Shown here piece after piece: positions 56,861 through 64,000 of a DNA stretch of 64,000 nt; position 1 is the first letter of the stretch, and the number at the start of each line of letters is the position of its first letter. The notes beneath the pieces are model-generated. The model saw only the letters and a program-made list of their open reading frames with translations, was not told the origin of the DNA and ran no database searches. Source of the DNA: Leidyana gryllorum EB-2025a (lineage: Eukaryota; Protista; Apicomplexa); NCBI GenBank assembly GCA_048772705.1, contig JBLWGC010000109.1, forward strand, positions 62,001 through 126,000, in the 5' to 3' direction. Position numbers and translations under genes: made by a program.

Positions 56861-59204
56861 TCATTGATCTAAAGTGTTATCGAACTGCTCTCTCATATCC
56901 TCGAAGGTCTTTAGCTGCTCTGGTGTGATTGTGGGTGTGATATTGGCCAATTCTTTCGATATGTGTGCCATAGTGATGCGAATATTCTCTGGGTGTTGTG
57001 CCAAATCACTATCAGCCTGAGTCTGCCACTCTCTAAAAGCTCTCTCGGCAGCGTTTCGAATGAGCTTATTGAGATCTGCCCCCGAGAATCCCTGGGTAGC
57101 CTCGGCCGTGGCCTTTATATCTTCGGGATCGACAGTGAACGCTGACCGAGTCTTGAGAAGAGTGGTGATAATGCTGTGCCGAGACAGCAAATCGGGCGGC
57201 GCTACGTAAACCAAATGTTCCAATCTTCCCGATCTCAACATGGCAGGGTCCAACAGGTTCGGCCTATTGGTGGCTGCCACAACAAACACTCCGTTCCTGT
57301 TGACCACTCCATCCATTTCCAACAAAAGCGCATTGACAACGCGTTTTGACACCTCGTTAGACCCTATACGAAGAAGAGAGATTATTGAGAGGGGAGATCG
57401 AAGATCTTAGCTTACCGTCTTCTTCTCTGTTCGGACAGATGGCGTCGAACTCGTCGAAGAATATCAGGCAGGGGGCATTTTTGCGGGCTCGTTCGAAGGT
57501 TCTTCGAACCTGAAGCTCACTCTCTCCAACGTATTTATTTAGAAACTCCGCTCCCCTAAGGTAGACGAACCGCGCATCACACGCATTGGCAATGGCTTTG
57601 GCCATCAGAGTCTTTCCACACCCCGGAGGGCCCCACAACAGAACTCCTGACGGATCACCCAACCCGACTTTCTGGAGAATCTCCGCATCTCGGAACCGAC
57701 TGATGATTTTGTCGTGTAACAATTGCCGCTGCGGCCCTAAGCCTCCGACTTGTGCCATTGTCGTCGTGGGAACCGCGGTGAAACCCTCCTTGAGAACTCG
57801 CGGCTCCAAGGCTTTCCAAGCCAACTCGAGATCACAGTTGCAGACTCTGACCTCGAAGACAGGAGAAACACTTTGCCTCGTGGGGCACTCCACCTCTCCC
57901 AACTCCCCCTCGGCAGCGCACTCCGACTCGACATCAATCTCCTGCGAGCTTTGGAGCTGTTCCAAGTCCACTACCGGCGTCGCAGGTATTGAAATCGGGT
58001 CCGGAGAAGCGGCAGTACTGGGAGACGCGTCCGTGGCTGCCTCTGTCTCGGCGTACCGAGTGAGCGTCTCGTGGAGCTGATCCAGACACCGGAAGCGGGC
58101 GCGGCCGGTACTGTCGTCTAAGAGTTGACGCAGCTCCTCCACAACACAACCGGCGGTCTTTTGTGCCCAAAAGTCGAGATTGACATCGGCGTCCAACAAC
58201 GTTCCGGTAGTGAGAACAATGTTCTCCATTAGCGTCAATCTCTCGGGCAGTTCCGGGATTGGCACCTGGAGGGTGCTACGAGAGAAGGCATCTGCGCCGA
58301 ATATACTGGGATCGATTTTGTCGGATCCCTCGGCCGTGGCGAGGAGGAGAACGCCCAAAGGCGCTAATCTCTGTACTTCAGACTTGAAGAGCCGAGCCAA
58401 ATTGGTTCGTGCCTGCTGTTTCTGTGTACCGACAGCGTTCTCGAATTCTTGTTTGCGATTCGACCCAGTGGCATTGGGGAACAATTGGTCAATGTCATCA
58501 AAGAGGCAGATGCAGGGAGCACTGCGGTGCAATAAATCCATCAAGGCCTTCATAGCCGTCTCAGGTTTGGCCAAAGAATTGAAGCGATGGGCGGCAACCT
58601 CAATGTATTGAAACCGGTTTTTGAAGACTTCAGGCACGCTACCGACCACGGCTCGGGCGAGGGTGGACTTTCCGCACCCTCTTGGCCCCTCCAGAATTAG
58701 AGTTTGAGATAACCTCCGACTGGGGCCACTGATGGCTTTAGGGTGGAAGGCCGAGAGACAAAAGGCAGCTATGGCCGCCGAGAGTTCCAGGCGGAGAGAG
58801 TGGAAGACGCACACACTCGGAGTCAAGGATATATCCGGTTTGGCGACACAGCAGAAGGGATGATCGCCCTCTTCAAAGTCGTCTTTCGGGGGTGAAGATG
58901 ACTCTTTATTACTGAGTTTAGCGGCCAGTTTGAGTTTCTTCTGGGGTGGCTGTTCGACAGCATCAACAGCTTTTGGGAGGGGTTCTGGCACGTCGAACTG
59001 ATAACCGCCCTTAGTCAGGATATGATCGATGGCATTCTTGAAGTCTTGGTCACGTGGAGTACGATGCCCTGCAGGAAAGGATTTCTTCGCTTCGGCCAAT
59101 AGGAGAGTGACTGAGGGTTTATAGCGTCTGCCCGGTGCCTGGGTGGCCCGAATCTCTTCTATGGCAGTGCGGATGCATCGCCGTACCACGGCGTTGTCCA
59201 CCAT
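56861..59204 (-). CDS. NVL: Nuclear VCP-like AAA+ ATPase (NVL/Rix7), 2 exons
   Basis: Two AAA domains. D2 has EGFTAVP..VGGL, GVLLWGPPGCGKTLMAKAIAN, EFLNKYVGESE, IFFDEFDA, RVVNALLLEMDG and AATNRP..LDPAMLRSGRL. Confidence 0.85.
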
Positions 59205-59343
59205 GCTGGAGTTTTTTTTGCCCAGCTTTTCGTTTAAAGCACTACGTACATACATTGCAGCAACATTTTAATATGGAGAATCACACAACAGTGAGCGCGT
59301 GGATGAGTGAGTGAATTGCTAAATATCAGATCAGATCTCTCTG

Positions 59344-60246
59344 TTAAGTGTGGCCGTCGCTGGTAGTTAGTGCTTCCGCGGACGCAGCCGGAGAATTAGG
59401 GTCCGCTTGGCTGGCCACTGCTTCTTCTCTTCGTCTCATTTCGTCGGGTAGTACGAGTGACTCATAGCGACGCACCTCCAGTGATTCCGAATCCAACTGA
59501 TAGAGCAGAGGAGACCCGCTGGGTATCTCTCGCTTGCCGATCTCTTCGTCAGATAGTTTCTCGAATATCTTGATCAAACAGCGCAGAGAGGTCCCGTGAG
59601 CCACCACCAGCACTGTCTCTCCAGCTCGGATCCGCGGGAGGAGCGTGCTGTCCACAAATGCGCGTACCCGGACAAAGCAGTCAGCTGGAGCTTCAGCAAA
59701 TGGTAGTTGTTGTTTGGTTGGCGGAGCGTCCACAACCACATTCCCAACTGGTTCAATTGGAGGGCTGGGGACTGCTTGATACAGGGGACTGTGGCCCGGA
59801 TATCGGGAGTCCTTTTCTTGTACAGGTGGAGGGCGACTATTCCAGCCTCGCCGCCATTGTTTCACTTGAGTCAAACCGAATTTGCGGCTGGTTTCGCGTT
59901 TGTTGCACCCCTCCAACGCCCCATAGTGGCGTTCGTTCAGTCGCCAGGTGCGATAAAAGGGTCCAGAATAGTCACAATGTGCAGCAACGATACGTGCAGT
60001 GGCCAGGGACCGCTGCAGCATGGAGCAGTGAACGGCGTCGAACCGCAGACCGCGCTCCGCTATCAATTCGGCGGCATCCTCTGCTTCTCCCAAACCTTCT
60101 TGTGAAAGAGGGACATCCGTCCACCCCGCAAAGCACCCTTTAGCAGTCAACTCCGATTGGCCTGTTTAGTGGTTGGTAATGGGGCCGGCCCAGCAGCACC
60201 TACCGTGTCGGAGCAAGACTACAGTCGAAAGCCCGCCCGGGTGCAT
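59344..60246 (-). CDS. gpmA: 2,3-BPG-dependent phosphoglycerate mutase, 2 exons
   Basis: VLLRHG|QSE..FAGWTDVPLS, WRLNERHYGALEG, VKQWRR, VLVVAHGTSLR. Confidence 0.93.
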
Positions 60247-60283
60247 GGTGCCTGAGTTCCTCGCAGAAGAGGAGGAGGGAGGT

Positions 60284-60803
60284 TTAGGTGGTCGCTAAAT
60301 CGTTTGGAAGCTCCCAACGGCCTGTGCCACTAGCAGCATGGTCACAAAATTCACGGAATTCTGAACACTCGAATGCAATCCCTAGAGCTGTCAGGGGATC
60401 ATTATGTGTCATCACACCTCGCACAACGTCCCGAATCGAAGCAGACTGGTAGTATTGGTGCAATTTTGGATTAGTCCCTGAGAAAGTGGCGTGCTGACTG
60501 GTCAAGGATGTCAAATCACCTACTGAGCTGCTCAATCTCCTCTGGTCGCAGATCGTCGTCATCTGAACAGCTTTCTTCGCTCTCAATCTCAGACTGTGCT
60601 TGAGGAGACCCAACCACGGGCTCTCCGACTGGGGGGGGTACCTGCTGCTGCTGTTCGTGATGCGCGGTCGCTGCGCTGCTGCTGCAGGCTGCCGGGTCGT
60701 GTTCCCCGTAGCACTTAACAGAACAGAAAGGCGCTGCGCAGCATTTGAATTTATAGCTCCCGACGTCAGGGGTGGAACAAATGGAGCATGGTGGCAAGCC
60801 CAT
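60284..60803 (-). CDS. ZNHIT3: zf-HIT protein, ZNHIT3/Hit1-like (box C/D snoRNP assembly), 2 exons
   Basis: CSIC...YKFKCCAAPFCSVKCYGEH...C; C-terminal IRDVVRGV...ALGIAFECSEFREFCD. Confidence 0.75.
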
Positions 60804-60830
60804 ACCTGAAAGTAAATTTTGCGCCACTAG

Positions 60831-63793
60831 ATGGAGGCAGAGGCCCGTAGACGGGAAGGTGCTCCTCGTAGACGACGCAGGCCGTCAAATAGACCTCGTC
60901 GGCACTATGTCAAGGTATCGGAAGGTGCAGAAGCGGTACCTAAGCCTATATGCTTTGCCAACGTCTTGAATACTCTCTGCCGTTCCTCTCAAGAAGAAGG
61001 AAAAGAATGCTGCGAGGGGAGTCTATGTGAGGTCTGCGCCTCCCCGTATACCTACTTTGGGCTGACCAATTGCCAACGCGCTAACTGCAACCAACGGTTG
61101 TGCTGGCTGTGCGCGGTACGAACGCGTTTACTCAACAACATGCGGTTCGGCGGCCACCGTGCCGACTTCCCCTGTCTCAACTGCTCCAATGTCAACAAGG
61201 AGCTCGTGCTGACGAGCGACAAGACTCTGACGTGGGCCCAAGCGGAGCAGCGGCTCGATCAGTACACCCGGATGCCAGAGTTGGGTATACATCTGTACTT
61301 TGCTGATGACGTGGTTAAAGAGGCTCTCCACAGAATCACTCAGCAGGGATGTTGGTTTCCTGAATGCAGAGAAAAAAATGTCCATTTTGAGTCATTCCAG
61401 GCGCTGAAACATCATCTGTTGAGGGTCCATAACCGCGTGCATTGCGATGTATGCTATGAACAGAGGCACGCCTATCTCTTCCCCGCCGAACACGTCCTGT
61501 ACGACCCCCACGATTTGGGTCGCCATCGTCGCTTCGGAGACAAGAGTGATCCCACAGATCAAACTGATCACGGCTTCGTCCCTCCTCATACGTGGTGCAG
61601 AATCTGCGAGAAGTATTACTACGACATTGACGAGTATGAAGGGCACTGGAGAGGGGCCGACAACCACGACTCCTGCCGTCTCTGCAAGGACAACGGAGAG
61701 CCACGCATGCTCTTCCGCAACCAAACAGAGAAACAGGAGCACTACGAGGCGGCCCACTACCCGTGTCCAGTGGAGCAATGTCAGCTTCGGGACACCTGTT
61801 TCTTCGAGAATGACGAGTTACAGCTCCACATGGCCAAGGAGCACTTCCAACAGACTGACTTTTACCACAACGTCGGGAGACGAGGTGTTCAAGTCAACTT
61901 CAATGCCATGAATCCGACTCCGCAGCAAATTCGGGCACATCAACGGAACCGGAAACAGCCCCAAAGCTATTATTCTGTCTGTTCTCGAATTCCCGCCGCT
62001 ATGGTTCTGGAAATCCCCAAAGTACTGACTTTTTACGACGAAATTAACCAAAGACACGGCACGCCCGAGGCCACCAGTGCCGCCATGATCGAACATTTCC
62101 GTCGAGAAGAGCGTACCAGATGGAAGGATGTCCCGCGGAGCGCAAAAAGCGAGGCCAATCAAAAGGTCAACTTACTCAACGACCCCACCGCCGGAGGCAC
62201 TGAAGAAGGGGTCCTGGACATCATTAACGCGTTGGCCTTGCACCTCTATACCTGGAGAGACCAAGTCGCCCCCCCAGGCGGCGACGTCGAACCTCAGATG
62301 TACCCCAAAGAGCTCTCACCGGAGACAGAGTTACTCCTCATCTACTTGACAGCCTGTAAACCAGAGTATCCCGGACGACAGTTCATCCGTCCGGCCCTGG
62401 TGGCTCTGGCAGCCAGACGGGCAGAGGCTGAAAAACAGCTCAAGGCCTCCAAAACAGGCGGCGATGACCACTCACAGCTCGGGAGAGACAATGTGGACGA
62501 AGTCCTCCGGAATGTCGGCTATCTGCCCATAAATAGCCACGTCTCCTTCCCCGAGGCGGTCGACTGGGCCATAAAGGAGTATCTGCGCTTAACCGAGGCA
62601 GACAGGCCTGCCATTCCCATGGACGATGTGACCCCCAATCGGCTCCCCAAACTCATCGGTGTCCGTCTCAAAGGTATATACACCAAGGTGAGCCTTTCCA
62701 ATCACCCCGCCTCTTCCAATCCCGCAATGCAGACCGAATTGCAAGTGTTCGAGCATATAATACGAGATCTCGGCGACTATATACCAACACCCACCTTGGA
62801 GGCTTTCCAACATTTGCGCCCCGTCTACTACCGTCTGCGAGGAGAACGTGTTGAGACTTGGGACAAAAAGTCGCCAAACGCCGAGGGGAGGTCCTCGCCC
62901 GACGACAGGGACGCCAAGGCGGACTGGGAAGCCTTAACCAAATATCGGGAGTCTATTGCGGAGTGTATGCGCGAATGGGTGAGTACAAATCAGTCGACCT
63001 CTCCATATTCCACCGCCGCACTATCTTTCACAGGGGACCGCGTGCGATAAAGTCTTTAGTCAAATGAAAGCGGTGCAACTCGTTCTCCTCCGACACTACG
63101 TCAAGGAAACTTTGGCCTGCATCCCAATGGCTGGTGAGTCCTAAAAGCTGCCCCGTCTTCCTTATGACAACCCCTTCTGTACAGCTATCGAAAGGATGTC
63201 CGATCTCCGGTCCGGTGCCGAAAGGACGCCCGTGGTTACCAGCGCCCCCATACGGCGCGGAGGATTGAGCTCAGCGGTAAGCTTAGTGTGTGTGACTGCA
63301 AGTTCAATTGGCGCAGGTTGTCGTGGCGGGTACTGGTGAAGTCCGCAGTGTTCAAGATCCCAAAATCCAGGAAGAGTTCCCCGCACTCAAATCGCCCTCC
63401 CCGATTTCCGGGGGCGCCTGGGTACGATTGGCGGGCAGTGCATCGGCTTCCTCATCCGTAAGTTGAGCCATAATGTGTGCTTCTCCTTCATGTTCGCTCC
63501 AGAGCCGGCCACCAACCGGAAACTCTACCTCCGCCGCTGCTGCTGGTCGCCCAAGACGGATTGTCTGCCGCGGTTGTTCCTATTCTAATCGGCCGGGGAG
63601 AAACACTTGTGAAGCCTGCCACCGCTCACTGAGTGATCAGATCGCAGACATGGAGCAATTCCCGTCTTTGGGTACTCAACACATCGCCGCTCTGGCCGAG
63701 AATCGCAGGGAGCGGTATGGACCTGCCGCGGATAGCAACACCATCCACGGCATTCCCATTACCTTCAAAGAGCCACGAAGAAGGAAAAAGTGA
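60831..63793 (+). CDS. ZNF598: ZNF598/Hel2-like RING and C2H2 E3 ligase (ribosome quality control), multi-exon
   Basis: N-terminal RING-like CEVC...CWLCAVRTR...CLNC; LKHHL..VH..CDVC, L.RH..GD....GF..H.WC..C; C-terminal RanBP2-type finger and EQFPSL. Confidence 0.8.
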
Positions 63794-63796
63794 ACT

Positions 63797-63877
63797 GCGG
63801 GGATGCCCGAGAGGTTAAGGGGGTGGCCTTAAGATCCACTGGCTCTGTCCGCGTGGGTTCGAACCCCACTCCCCGCA
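63797..63877 (+). tRNA. tRNA-Leu(TAA)
   Basis: Acceptor GCGGGGA/TCCCCGC-A; D arm GCCCGAGAGGTTAAGGGG; anticodon loop CT-TAA-GA; long variable arm; T loop GTGGG-TTCGAAC-CCCAC. Confidence 0.95.
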
Positions 63878-64000
63878 AACCCAAAATCGTGTTACTTCTT
63901 GCTGCCTCTGGAGCACTTAGCTGTCTGATGGACAGACGTCAACTTATCAAGTCATGCGTCGGTCCCATCATCTAATATGTGATTGCATCGCTATCTACGA

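Noticed and set aside
60800-60825. Acceptor-like tract just before the ZNHIT3 ATG as evidence for spliced-leader trans-splicing
   Set aside because: Other starts (PTPA, MORN, DPM1) lack such an AG acceptor, so the evidence is insufficient.
1241-63793. Apparent in-frame stops and frame changes suggesting an alternative genetic code or frameshifting
   Set aside because: Almost all cases checked resolve with canonical short GT-AG introns in the right phase (RING-H2, HINT, PTPA, dPGM, DPM1).

Overview
Gene-dense eukaryotic DNA with many short GT-AG introns (about 35-110 nt) and the standard genetic code. The gene content (apicomplexan-type SRPK, PEP carboxylase, a secreted vWA/mucin protein, MORN proteins) suggests an apicomplexan, probably a gregarine; this is an inference. 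About 33 protein genes can be modelled, including SRPK, RPL19, DPM1, PAC4, SNAPC4-like Myb, PEPC, PTPA, HINT, NVL/Rix7, dPGM, ZNHIT3 and ZNF598, plus a tRNA-Leu(TAA). Highlights: (1) a ~2400-aa secreted protein divided into low-complexity modules by seven RRL-type motifs, a candidate ASP5/plasmepsin-V-type processed polyprotein; (2) extreme head-to-head compaction, with divergent ATGs 9-52 nt apart and possibly one shared CATG; (3) a cluster of structured box C/D-like ncRNAs behind the NVL gene; (4) an orphan region (36-45.7 kb) with a 1879-aa intronless ORF, a lone copia-Gag-like ORF and a decayed ~920-bp tandem duplication; (5) a candidate Borealin/Nbl1, a bacterial-type GNAT and a tRNA starting 3 nt after a stop codon. 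Exon models were spliced by eye, and all homology calls come from motif recognition, not database searches.
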